A stretch of 64,000 nt of DNA from Octopus bimaculoides (lineage: Eukaryota), in assembly GCF_001194135.2 (NCBI RefSeq), contig NC_068984.1, forward strand, positions 130,723,725 through 130,787,724, written 5' to 3'. The notes under the pieces were generated by a model. It had not been told where the DNA came from and searched no databases. It saw only the letters and a list, made by a program, of their open reading frames with translations. A program made the translations under genes and the position numbers. This document shows positions 1 through 12,147 of the stretch, piece by piece; positions within the stretch are counted from its first letter, which is position 1; the number at the start of each line of letters is the position of its first letter.

Positions 1-1436
1 ATATATATGCATATATAGATACGTATACGTACATACTTACAAGTATACGTATATACATATGCATGTGTGGGCACAGAACGTCACAAAACGTAAGCAACAA
101 AAAATACGAAGTACGAGGATATGGAATAACGAAAGAAACAAATGGAAAACAAGAGAAACAACACAAAGAACGACCCTTCATCAGTTGTTTCCTAGTAAGT
201 TTCATCTTAATAATTCTGGTGCTTCTCACTATTCTTCCTATTACTCTTTCGTTTTTCTTTCTCTTCCTTTCTCTTATTCTTTTACCTCCTCTTCTCCCAC
301 TATTCTATCCTTTTACTCTTTCGTTTTCTCCCTTCCTTTCTCTTATTCTTTTACCTCCTCTTCTGACCTGAAATTGTTTCGTTTATTCCCAATATATATC
401 TAACTACACTTAAAGGAAGTCTTGGAAAAGAATTGGAAGAATTAAAGGATGTTACTTCAAGAATGTGAGATGTACGAATTCAACACCCAGTTTTCGGTGA
501 TGCAATAAGATCAATGATGGTTTCTAGCACAAGCGGCACAAGATCACACGTTTGGTGGAAAAATGTGCAACCGATTAAATTTCCCTCCAGCATATATAGA
601 CAAAATAATGATTTGCTATCCACAGTGGTTTTCTTGTTGTTATGATGCGACCTACGATTTTAGAGGGACTCCACCTAAATATGTAAGCAGTAATCAAATC
701 TGAGCTTTGCTTATGTTTTATGAAAGATCAGAAAGAGTGCCAGATTTAGTTTTGGTAAAGCTCAGTCGCATAAAGCTTGCTGGCTTCGAGCTAAAAATTA
801 CAAAAAAAAATGCTTCACAAATCGATAAGAAAAGCTTCGGTAACTTGTGACGTCGTTCGGTTTATCACCACAGCCGCGGCCGATAGTCAGAGCACACTTG
901 CTTCACAAATAGTTTCATTAAAACTCTTAGCATTGGCAATAGTATTTGTCAGTTTGTATTGCTCTAAACTCTAGCTTGTTCTGGTTATCACTAAATCCAG
1001 CACCGATCAACAATTTAATCAAGGCGGAAGTATTTCCTTCTATCCTACTATCGCTTCAATTTCTATTTACTGTGATATTTCAGAAACTAGTGAAGCTGGA
1101 AAGCACAAAATAACAACGTTCAAAAACAGACCACACGTGTAACAAAACATCCTCTTGTTGTCATTTGTAAAAGTTTAAATTACCATTGGGTCAAATCTTA
1201 TTATTATATAACCGAATGGGAAAAGGATGCACGTTCTGCACAGATTTTGTTTTTTGTTTGTTTTTAGTCAATGTTATACCGTACAGAAAGATAGATACTG
1301 TAAGCCAACCGAGTCTGCCATCCGGTTTCGATTCCGTAGTATAGCCTTTTTCACCCTCACTTATGCCGTTAGTGAGATATTAGCGTCACAATGTCCCATT
1401 TCCGCTCTTCTTTAAAACTCGTGTCTATCTTCGTAA

Positions 1437-1823
1437 TTGTGGAGGCGCAATGGCCTAGTGGTTAGGGCAGCGGACTCGCGGTCATAGGATCGCGGTTTCG
1501 ATTCCCAGACCGGGCGTTGTGAGTGTTTATTGAGCGAAAACACCTAAAGCTCCACGAGGCTCCGGCAGGGGATGGTGGCGAACCCTGCTGTACTCTTTCA
1601 CCACAACTTTCTCTCACTCTTACTTCCTGTTTCTGTTGTGCCTGTAATTCAAAGGGTCAGCCTTGTCACACTGTGTCACGCTGAATATCCCCGAGAACTA
1701 CGTTAAGGGTACACGTGTCTGTGGAGTGCTCAGTCACTTGCACGTTAATTTCACGAGCAGGCTGTTCCGTTGATCGGAATGAACTGGAACCCTCGACGTC
1801 GTAAGCGACGGAGTGCCAACAAC
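1437..1823 (+). mobile_element. tRNA-derived SINE, ~390-bp family (OR1-like), full length
   Basis: A/B-box head GGAGGCGCAATGGCCTAGTGG...GGTTTCGATTCCC, CAACAAC tail, 10-bp TSD ATCTTCGTAA. The family name is recalled from octopus SINE literature. Confidence 0.85.
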
Positions 1824-2903
1824 ATCTTCGTAAACAGTGGAAGACGAAGTGACAAAATTAGTACGTGCAAAGGAGAAGACGACATGTGAAATGGTGTAAA
1901 TAGGTGTGTGTGTGTGTGTAAGAAGGTATTCGTGTTTTGCGTAAGAATTTGAAAAGGTTTGAGGGAAGGGTAATTAGTTGCGAGGTGTTAGTTGTTACAT
2001 GGAATGTTAGGTGAAAATTGTGAGTGAAAGGAGGTGGGAGTTCGATTATAATTGCAGGCAGGGAAGGAAGTGAAATCAGATAGGTAGGTAGGTGTAGGTG
2101 TAAGTAGACACCAACTTGTGAAACTTAATTACATTGGTAACAATAACTTCCTCAATACTACACAACATGGTGCTGGGAGAAGCTGTCGAACACAGCGTAA
2201 AACACCATGTATATATAATTCGCTATTTTGTGTTTATTTATTCATTATTATTTCCCCACCAAAATCGAGATTAAAATTACGGGTGCGTGTAATTGCTTCT
2301 AATTATAAAGCAATGCCAGTAGCTTCGAAGATAGGAGATTAGTTGATACCAACTACCCTAGTACTGGTAGTTTATTTTATCGACCTTGGATGGATGAAAG
2401 GCAAAAGTGGGATTTGAACTTAAGACTGTTGTTTTCTTGTCCAATTCAGCAATAGAGACGAAATAGGTTTCTAAATCGAGGCAAGCTTCAAATATGGTAT
2501 TACACATGGATTTTTACGGTATTCGTCTATCTAAACTTAGAGCGAAATATCAAAGTTTCATTTGACAAGTCTTGTTGAATGTATTTATACTAATATTTTG
2601 TCAAAAGTAAGGCGGCAAGCAGGGAGAATCCTTTGCACGTCAGGCAAAGTGCTTTTACAACATTTCGTCCGTCTTTACGTTCTGAGTTCAAATACTGCCG
2701 AGATCGACTTTGCCTTTCATCCTTTCGGAGTCGATAAAATAAGTATCAGCTGATTACTGGGGTTGAGGTAATCGATTTATACCCTTCATTGAACTTACTG
2801 GCATTGTGCCAAAATTTGAAATCTTGCCAAAAGTTTTTGACAGAGTTGATTGTGACATCATTTTTTTCTTCAAAAAACGACTTCCACTATTCAACAACGG
2901 AAC

Positions 2904-3287
2904 GTTGGCACTCCGTCGCTTATGAAGTCGAGGGTTCCAGTTGATCCGTTCAACGGAACAGCCTGCTAGTGAAATTAACGTGCAAGTGGCTGAGCACTCC
3001 ACAGACACGTGTACCCTTAACGTAGTTCTCGGGGATATTCAGCGTGACACAGTGTGACAAGGCTGACCCTTTGAATTACAGGCACAACAGAAACAGGAAG
3101 TAAGAGTGAGAGAAAGTTGTGGTGAAGGAGTACAGCAGGGTTCGCTACCATCCTCTGCTGGAGCCTCGTGGAGCTTTTTTAGGTGTTTTCGCTCAATAAA
3201 CACTCACAACGCCCGGTCTGGGAATCGAAACCGCGATCCTATGACCGCGAGTCCGCTGCCCTAACCACTGGGCCATTGCGCCTCCAC
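2904..3287 (-). mobile_element. OR1-like SINE, full length
   Basis: Near-identical reverse complement of 1437-1823; TSD TTCAACAAC(G/A)GAA. Confidence 0.85.
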
Positions 3288-3798
3288 TTCAACAACAGAA
3301 TACCAAGAAGAAAAAACGACTAATTCTTCAACACCATATACGCAGTAAGTGTGATATCACAAATTCCCATCCTTTGACTATCATGAAGGTCTTTATTTTT
3401 AACGTGTTTTAGGCACAGTATGGTCGAATGGTAAAGAAGTTCGCTTCGCAATCATGAAATCTCAAGTTCGACCTCGCCACCTGACATCTCAGGCGAATAT
3501 CCTTTTCTAATTTTTCAGATCGACTTATATACCTTGTGGGTGAAACTGGGTAAACGGAAACTATGTAGAAGCCTGTCGGATGGCTTGCTCCTATATTCAG
3601 AGGTCCAGCCTTGTCGAACACTGTTATAATTATAATGATTGCATATGAGAATTATATAAAGGGTACACGTATCTGTGGAATACTCAACTACTTACACACT
3701 AATTCAATGAACCTGGTAGTTCAGTACACTGTCAGGCTAGCAAAGAAACAATATAATGAGACCTGGGATGTTACTATACTCGTGGGTACGAAATATTA

Positions 3799-4060
3799 GT
3801 ACTCCATCGGTTACAACGAGGGGAGTTCCAGCTGATCCGATCAACGGAACAGCCTGCTCATGAAATTAACGTGCAAGTGGCTGAGCACTCTACAGACACA
3901 CATACCCTTAACGTAGTTCTCAGGATGATTCAGCGTGACACAGAATATGACAAGGCCGGCCCTTTGAATAACAAGTACAACTCATTTTTGAATTGTAAAA
4001 TGGAGTGGAGTGACGTGAAATAAAGTGTCTTGTTCAATGACAATGAACTTACGATCATGA
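3799..4060 (-). mobile_element. OR2-like SINE, degenerate
   Basis: Similar to the reverse complement of 6281-6590. Confidence 0.65.
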
Positions 4061-4063
4061 ACA

Positions 4064-4115
4064 GAATACCCTAACCCTAACCCTAACCACTAAACCACTA
4101 AACCACAAGTACGAA
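4064..4115. repeat. Short interstitial (CCCTAA)n-like tract
   Basis: GAATACCCTAACCCTAACCCTAACCACTAAACC; same GAATACCCTAA junction as the reverse complement of 10921-10931. Confidence 0.7.
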
Positions 4116-4199
4116 ACACTAACGCAACGAAGAATCATTCATGCACTGCATGAGGTGGAGATGAACCTTCAGTGAAATATCATACACGCCACATTCCAG

Positions 4200-4565
4200 C
4201 TATCCATCCGTATCTCTGCCCACTACTCCTGAGAGGGTCGTCGGAATAGAGTCCTCAAGCACCTCTCCATATGCCCTATCAGAAGCAACCGTCAATACAC
4301 CCTCCGAAGCGTGATTTAACCAAGATATTATCCAACCATCTCGTTGAAGAATCTGCCCTGCGATTCTTTCCTTTGACATTCAAATCACACGTCTGTAGTA
4401 CTGGAGTTGTAACCTCTCAATGCACATAAGCAGTGGATCCAACTGGAGAAATTCCATCTCCGAGTAACTTTACTGCAGAGCTCTCATGGAGAACCCCATT
4501 TCGGCCGCTCGTACTATTTCGGTCATTACCCAACATTCATGACCATAGGTGAAGATAGAAACGTA
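4200..4565 (-). mobile_element. RTE-clade LINE 3' remnant
   Basis: Translates YVSIFTYGHECWVMTEIVRAAEMGF ... DPLLMCIERLQLQYY ... RWLDNI with stops and frameshifts, as in the Expander/Rex3 RT C-terminus. Confidence 0.8.
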
Positions 4566-5366
4566 AGCTAAATTGAAGATAGCAGGTTTAGCCCTTTCTT
4601 TCTTACTTTCTTTTTTTGTGTGCTCTTTTCTCCTCTTCCGAAGTTCAAGTACTGTAATGCTGGCACATTACTCTGCATTACTACAATTTAAGCATCCAAT
4701 TCATTCACGTTCCATTAAAAGAAAAAAAAAAGCGGTCGAGTTAAGATTTAATAATGACAGTTTCTACTAATACACCCTTCTTAACTCATAAACTTGCTCT
4801 TAGCTTCATATATGGAAAATTCTGATATATTGGATTTTCTCGAAAACTAACAGATTTTATCTAGAATTTTTCTTTGCCAGATATTCGTGAGTAATATTGA
4901 CCCTGTGGAAAATATTGCTCCAAAGCCGACTTCAATGTTGTTCATATCAGACAAATATATACTTCTATTGAACAAAATTGCAAAAATCACTTAAGGTTGC
5001 TATCATACAGTAAAGTCAGATTATCGATTAGGACAAAAATACATAAACTCCAGCGAAAATAAATATTCGTAAACCAATATTAACCAATGATAAAGGTTGT
5101 TAAAAACAGGGGAAAAAACAGCACACAACGAAAAAACTGCACTTGAATCAACTTTCTTGGAGTTAGCTTCGTGGCTTTTTTTTAGATTGACGAAATATGA
5201 TTGTTATTCTTAAAACATCTTAAGAGTACCAAAGTGGCCTGTTCCATTTTGGGGTACTCTTAAGATGTTTTAAGTGTATTTATAATAAACCATTTAATGA
5301 AACTGTTGAGCAAATAGTGAGTACTTCTTCATGTTAGCTTTAGAATACTTATGTACATGTATGTGT

Positions 5367-5456
<90 letters not shown>

Positions 5457-5580
5457 CATACATACATACATACATACCGGTGTAAGCACATAAATGCGAA
5501 ACAAGGTGGAAAAAATAGTACTCGAATACCAGAGGTAGAGTAATATGCTTTATTGAAAAGTAGCAAAAATATATCACAAA

Positions 5581-5622
5581 AACTGTTACTCAGAGTTTCA
5601 TGTTCCCGTTCGTCGGACAGTT
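5581..5622 (-). ncRNA. Minimal type I hammerhead ribozyme motif (Penelope-associated, degenerate)
   Basis: AACTGT-CCGACGA-ACGGGAACAT-GAAA-CTC-T-GAG-TA-ACAGTT: 6-bp stem I, palindromic stem III, GUA site, decayed stem II. Confidence 0.65.
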
Positions 5623-5904
5623 TTGTTTAGAATGGAACAGAAATAAAGTTATAAGCAAACATATACAATTAGTTTAATGGAGACACATTTGAAAATGGTT
5701 TTGTTTCATTAAAACTTTCGGTCTTTAAGCATGCAATGAACTAACGGTCTTTAAGCATGCAATGAACAAATTTCAGTATAAAATCATCTCATTATAAAAT
5801 CGAAAACCTTAAATTAAAAAAAAAAAAGCTTATGAAAGTACAGCCTAAATACATAGGGTAAATAATTATTTGTAAAATATAAATCAATACATTAAAAATT
5901 ATAT

Positions 5905-6262
5905 CCGTTTAAAAACTGTGCTGGCTAATAAAAGAGGCGAAGTTTTTGCAACAAGAATAGCTAACCTTCAGCGTTCTCCTACTAAATATTCTATAGAACT
6001 TATGGCTAGGTTGAAAATGCTTAGAGACTAATTTTAAGAATTCTCTACCTACATTAGTTTTTACGGCCATATTAAATGCTAAAATGTATTTGCTAATTAT
6101 ACCTATTTCAATTTTAGCAGGATTAATCAATCTACATTTAGGGTTTCTATTAAAATTAGCTTTATGGTCTTTTAGGATAATAAAGGTGAGGCGTGGGGGG
6201 GGGGAGATATTCTATCCTATCACTAACTTTAAGATTGTTAGCAATTCTTCTTGCCTCCAAAT
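5905..6262 (-). mobile_element. Penelope-like element RT remnant, internally deleted
   Basis: EARRIANNLKVSDRIEY / FIILKDHKANFNRNPKCRLINPAKIEIGIISKYIL fused to FNMAVKTNVGREFLKLVSKHF..HKFYRIFSRRTLKVSYSC; both blocks are typical of PLE RT. Confidence 0.85.
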
Positions 6263-6280
6263 ACACACACACATGTGTGT

Positions 6281-6590
6281 GTGAAGGCGCGTGACTTAGT
6301 GGTTAGGGCATTCGGCTCACAATCGTAAGGTCGTGAGTTCAATTCCCGTGATGCGTTGTGTCCTTGAGCAAGACACTTTATTTCACGTTTCTCCAGTCTA
6401 CTCACCTGGTAAAAATGAGTAGTACCTGTATTTCAAAGGGCCGGCCTTGTCACGCTCTGTATCACGCTGAATCTCCCTGAGAACTACGTTAAAGTTACAC
6501 GTGTCTGTGGAGTGCTCAGCCACTTGCACGTTAATTTCACGAGCAAGCTGTTCCGTTGATCCTATCAGCTGGGACCCTCCTCGTCGTACC
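6281..6590 (+). mobile_element. tRNA-derived SINE, ~300-bp family (OR2-like, CORE-like centre)
   Basis: tRNA head, GTGTCCTTGAGCAAGACACTT core, 3' half shared with the OR1-like family. Confidence 0.75.
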
Positions 6591-6755
6591 NNNNNNNNNN
6601 AGCTGTTCCGTTGATCCTATCAGCTGGGACCCTCCTCGTCGTACCCGACGGAGTGCACGTTACACACACACACACACACACACATACACACATATATATG
6701 TATATATATGTATACAAATTCATAAATACATATATGTATTTATGTATATGTATTC

Positions 6756-6808
<53 letters not shown>

Positions 6809-7698
6809 TGTATTTTTAGCCGAATGAACAGTTCATTGTATGGTTTCAAATCAAAAATATGCCAAGAAAATAAGATCAGTCACACTGATTTACGGTAACA
6901 ACTACAGACTCGGAAAACTGCACCCAAGAAAAGCAGAAGAGATATGCAATCTTATTTATACATTTTTCAAAAAGTCACTTTAAAGTAAGGCAACACAAAT
7001 CGACATATTCAGGGAACCTAGATATTATCATCTCATAAAATTCATCCACTGATAGTGAAAGGAAAAAGGAAAAAAAAAAAAAAAAAAAAAGGTAAAAAAA
7101 CGTTTGTCAGATGATGAATTCGTTTCGGCAGTTTTCCGTTATCAGAAATTCACATAGTAATTTTTCATTATTGTGTCTTTGTTGATGTGCGATAAAACAA
7201 AATTATTGCTACGAAAACAAAGGAAATTATAAATGATTATGTTGAAACAAAGAGCTAGCGCGTATATACAGAAATTATTAGCGGCGTTCTCTTATTTTTT
7301 AAAATCCTTTTTTTCATTTTCTATTTATGTTTGCACTAAAAATATGTTTTCAATGAAAACATTGTTTTTAATCTTTGTATTATAATTTCATTCACATCTA
7401 CGAAGCATTATCGGAATATAAATCAACACACTACATCTATCCTCGTTTATCACGGGGTTTTGGTGCCAAAGAGACAGTGATAAACGAATCGTCCCCATGC
7501 CCTTTATAAATGGAATGGATAGGTAGATTCATTGACATCAAACTTGCAGTCCAAAGCAGCAAAGCTTCCACCGTCCTTTATTATTTTTTTATTATTATCT
7601 CCGCCGTTTTCTGTAGAAAATACACACGTCTGCATTATTTGTTAGAATCAGGCAGTTAAGTATTTTTTTTTAATATTGGTTCCATGTTGGTAGGTAGT

Positions 7699-8016
7699 TG
7701 GCACTCCGTCAGTTACGACGATGAAGGTCCCAGTTGATCCGATCAACGGAACAGCCTGCTCGTGTACCCTTAACGTAGTTCTCGGGGAGATTCAGCGTGA
7801 CACAGTGTAACAAGGCTGGTCCTTTGAAATACAAGTACAACAGAAACAGGAAGAAAGAGTGAGAGAAAGTTGGGGGTGAAAGAGTACTTGTGGAGCCTTG
7901 TGGAACTTTAGGTGTTTTCGCTCAATAAACGCTCACAACGCCCGGTCTGAGAATCGAAACTGCGATCCTACGACCGCGAGTCCGCTGCCCTAACCACTGG
8001 GCCATTGCGCCTCCAC
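7699..8016 (-). mobile_element. OR1-like SINE with internal deletions
   Basis: 16-bp TSD CATGTTGGTAGGTAGT; one deletion lies between CGTG microhomologies. Confidence 0.8.
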
Positions 8017-9433
8017 CATGTTGGTAGGTAGTAGTAGGTAAATCCGAATAAAAAAATATGCAACTCGCCACACAGAAATGTAAAAACAAACGATAGTCGG
8101 TGCACTCTAGATAAGTGAGCACTGTGGGTGGTCGATAGGTCGCGATTTTGCCGTACAAGCAGAACCTTTTACTGATCGCTGCTGACCCGTGTTGACAGAT
8201 CAATCTGTAATAAGTGTGACATGGTTCAAATTGAGCGTACCGTGTTGTAGCGGATCAGTGATGAATGAACTAGACAAGAACTTTTTTTTTTATCAACGCC
8301 GGAAAGTGAAAGGCAAAGATAACCTTGGCGAGATTTGAATAATCAAAACATAAAGAACAATAATCAAAACCGCAAGAATTTTGTCATGTTGACCCAAAAT
8401 TATGAAACATTGAAGAAAGAGAATTTTAAAATATAATAATCTTCGTGACGGATCTCATGGTAAGGTCTTCGTTTTGCAACTGTCTGGTTTCGGATTCAGT
8501 GGCACCTTGGACAACCGTCTTCTACTATAGCTCCGAGCCGACCAATGCCTTGAGTGAATTTGATAGGCGGAAATTTATGGAGGCCTGTCCTTGACAACTG
8601 GTGTTGTTTGTTTACACTTTTCATGTTAATCCTAAACATATAATGCCCGAGAGGGGGTGACGTGGAGAGGGGAGGATGGTATGCATTAGTGACTGTTGGT
8701 CTTCTATAAAACAAGCTTGTTCGGACTTGTGCCTCCGAGGGGAATTTCCTAGGTACAATACCACGGTAATTCGTGACCGAAAGGGGTCTTTACCGTTTAC
8801 CCTATATATATATATATATATATATNNNNNNNNNNNNNNNNNNNNNNNNNNNNNNNNNNNNNNNNNNNNNNNNNNNNNNNNNNNNNNNNNNNNNNNNNNN
8901 NNNNNNNNNNNNNNNNNNNNNNNNNNNNNNNNNNNNNNNNNNNNNNNNNNNNNNNNNNNNNNNNNNNNNNNNNNNNNNNNNNNNNNNNNNNNNNNNNNNN
9001 NNNNNNNNNNNNNNNNNNNNNNNNNNNNNNNNNNNNNNNNNNNNNNNNNNNNNNNNNNNNNNNNNNNNNNNNNNNNNNNNNNNNNNNNNNNNNNNNNNNN
9101 NNNNNNNNNNNNNNNNNNNNNNNNNNNNNNNNNNNNNNNNNNNNNNNNNNNNNNNNNNNNNNNNNNNNNNNNNNNNNNNNNNNNNNNNNNNNNNNNNNNN
9201 NNNNNNNNNNNNNNNNNNNNNNNNNNNNNNNNNNNNNNNNNNNNNNNNNNNNNNNNNNNNNNNNNNNNNNNNNNNNNNNNNNNNNNNNNNNNNNNNNNNN
9301 NNNNNNNNNNNNNNNNNNNNNNNNNNNNNNNNNNNNNNNNNNNNNNNNNNNNNNNNNNNNNNNNNNNNNNNNNNNNNNNNNNNNNNNNNNNNNNNNNNNN
9401 NNNNNNNNNNNNNNNNNNNNNNNNNNNNNNNNN

Positions 9434-9474
<41 letters not shown>

Positions 9475-10662
9475 TATGATAGATAGACAGACAGATATTA
9501 TCTTCATCATCATCATCATTAATTAAACAATATTTTAATCTCATATGAGTCAATTTACCAATCAGTTCCATACCAGAAGTGGAGATAATCTGGGCAATCA
9601 TCAAAAAGGCTGATATGAAAAAATATTTCATTTTATTATTAATAATATCCCGACTCTATTATCCACCAGTATATGAGCACCTGTTTTTTCTGACAAGAAG
9701 ATTTCTAGACGACTATGTATGCATGCATGCATGAAAAGATGGATGGATAGACAGACAAGAACCTGTCTCTGAGATACGTTTGTTACAGTATGTCGACTAA
9801 GAATAATCGCACATAATAAATACATACACATTACATTTGTATGGCTAATACGTATAAATATGGTAATATAAAAAGTATAACTGTATGTGAGCGTTCAAAG
9901 ATAAAAGCAAGACTACAGATCGATATGACACATATAACTACAAATAAGTGGAAGTCTTTCTTAGGCTACCATACTTCTATTCTGTGTTTACTACATGTAT
10001 GTTTACAAGAATGACAGCAGAAACACATTGTATGCATATTTGAGTGTGTGCATGTGTGTGCGTGTGTGTGTATTTATATATATATATACATATATTTTTA
10101 TATTTATATATACATATATATATATAAATATATATACATACATACATATATNNNNNNNNNNNNNNNNNNNNNNNNNNNNNNNNNNNNNNNNNNNNNNNNN
10201 NNNNNNNNNNNNNNNNNNNNNNNNNNNNNNNNNNNNNNNNNNNNNNNNNNNTTCTCCTCCTGTTTGCTATAAACAACGTATTATATAGTAATCATATAAC
10301 TATTAATATAGTAATTATCTAAAACGTAAACAGATGATGTTTTTTAATCCATATAAACATAGCCACAGCTCTGTCGTGAATGCGTGGTTCGATTCCTGAG
10401 AGAGGAAAATCTGGTTCACATTTTTCTGTTTTAGTTGATATCAAATCTTTAAACACTTTTTAGATGGACTTAATTTTCGAACCTCAATTGTTTTTCTCTC
10501 TAATGTATATTTGCATGTATTTGGATTACAACACCATTTTAAATATTCTATCCATTAACTCTATAGTTATTTGGCATTCGTGGGGCGCGAGGATTTATGC
10601 ATGATAGTATCCTTTTACGTGCTGCCTCCTATCGGATTCCAGACGCGTTTCTAGCTCTTTAG

Positions 10663-10696
<34 letters not shown>

Positions 10697-10771
10697 GTAG
10701 TCCAAGAATGGTATTTGGGGGTAATACATTTATTCCTTAGATACGTGCGTTTCGACAATACGTAGAATTTT

Positions 10772-11014
10772 TGGTAAATTTTCAGATTAACACCCGCACG
10801 ATTTTCACTAGGGTGTTAGGGTTAGGGTTTTGGGGTTAGTTTTAGTATTAGGGTTTAGGGTTACGGTTACGGTTAGTGTTTTAGGGTTCGGGTTAGGGTT
10901 TTAGGGTTAGGGTTTTAGGGTTAGGGTATTCCGTCCCTAACCGTAACCCTAACCCTAAAACTAACCCTAACACCCCAGTGAAGATCGTGCGGGTGTTAAT
11001 CTGAAAATTTACCG
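10772..11014. repeat. Foldback element with internal TTAGGG/CCCTAA arrays
   Basis: ~55-bp inverted arms with 2-3 mismatches enclosing degenerate telomeric repeats in opposite orientation. Confidence 0.8.
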
Positions 11015-11059
11015 AATTTTTTTCCATGAATATAAATATGAATTAAAAAAAAATGGTTT

Positions 11060-11540
11060 GTAGTACTGGTTTCAAATTTTGGCACAAGGGTTGCAATTTC
11101 GTGGGAAGGAGTAAATCGTTTACACCAACCTCAGAGTTCAACTGGTACTTTGTTTTATCGACCCCAAAAGGATGAAAAACAAAGGCAACCCCGGAGGCAT
11201 TTGAACTCAGACAGTTAAGTCGTAAGAAAGGCTCTTAGAACTTTTTTTCCGGCACTGTAACGACTCTAGCTCGCCTCCTTCAAATGACTCGTAAATATTA
11301 TAACATTAAAAAAGCAGCGCGCCGGTAGAATCGTTAGCACGCCGGACAAAATGTTTAGCGGCAGTTCGTCCGTCTTTATGTTTCGAGTTCAAATTCCACC
11401 GAGGTCTACTTTGCCTCTCATCTTTTCGGGGGTTTATAAAATAAGTATCAGTTGAGTACTTGGGGGGGGGGGGGTTGATGCAATCGACTTCCCCACCACC
11501 CACCGAACCTTGCTGGCCTTGTGTCAGAATTTGAAATCGA
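11060..11540. mobile_element. Divergent pair of Meta-type SINEs
   Basis: Minus copy 11060-11280 and plus copy 11310-11540. Confidence 0.7.
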
Positions 11541-11794
11541 TATTATAACATATCACATGTGATCGATCTATCAGACAAGGTTAAATAGCAATACAATTTA
11601 CACTTGGAAAATACGAGTACTCTCTCTCTCACACACACACACGTATGTATGTATGTATGTATGTATGTATGTATGTATGTATGTATGTATGTATGTATGT
11701 ATGTATGAGAATATACGAAAAACAACAACAGACGAGGACAGGTGGTGTAAATAACAAAAGGATGTATTAGTATGACGCTCGGGAATACGGAAAG

Positions 11795-11831
11795 TCTTTG
11801 ACGTTTCGAGCTACGCTCTTCAACAGAAAGA
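11795..11831 (-). ncRNA. Minimal type I hammerhead-like motif with CUGUUGA core
   Basis: TCTTT-CTGTTGA-A-GAGC-GTA-GCTC-GAAA-C-GTC-AAAGA: 5-bp stem I, 4-bp stem II, GUC site. Confidence 0.6.
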
Positions 11832-12113
11832 ATACGGAGACAAGGAGAAAAACACGGAGAAAAAAAATTGAATAGTGTCCAGTCAACGGTCAATCAATGT
11901 ATGTATGTATGTGTGTGTAAGTTTAATGCTCGAAATTCACATCGGAAAATCAAAAGTGACATTCATACATTTCCCAAAGGCTTTACTACAATAAATATGA
12001 ACATATGACGGCTGTGGTGGTGAAGTCTTCATTTAAAATAAGTACTGATACAGAATTGGAATCACGTCACACAAGAAACATGAATTGTTCAATCGCAGTT
12101 CAGAAATACTCCT

Positions 12114-12147
<34 letters not shown>

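Noticed and set aside
848-855. CRE-like TGACGTC in a CpG-richer patch
   Set aside because: Incomplete palindrome (TGACGTCG) with no supporting promoter evidence
1439-1512. tRNA-like sequences with A and B boxes (many copies)
   Set aside because: They are SINE heads followed by SINE body, tail and TSD, not tRNA genes
5719-5767. 23-bp direct repeat CGGTCTTTAAGCATGCAATGAAC
   Set aside because: Simple local duplication with no further structure
6546-6645. 45-bp direct duplication of a SINE tail
   Set aside because: It straddles a 10-N gap, which is typical of unmerged contig overlap
8621-9631. Long ORFs of 237-336 aa (similarly near 23.4, 28.3, 34.4, 37.2 and 57.5 kb)
   Set aside because: They run through N gaps and (TA)n; the length is an artefact
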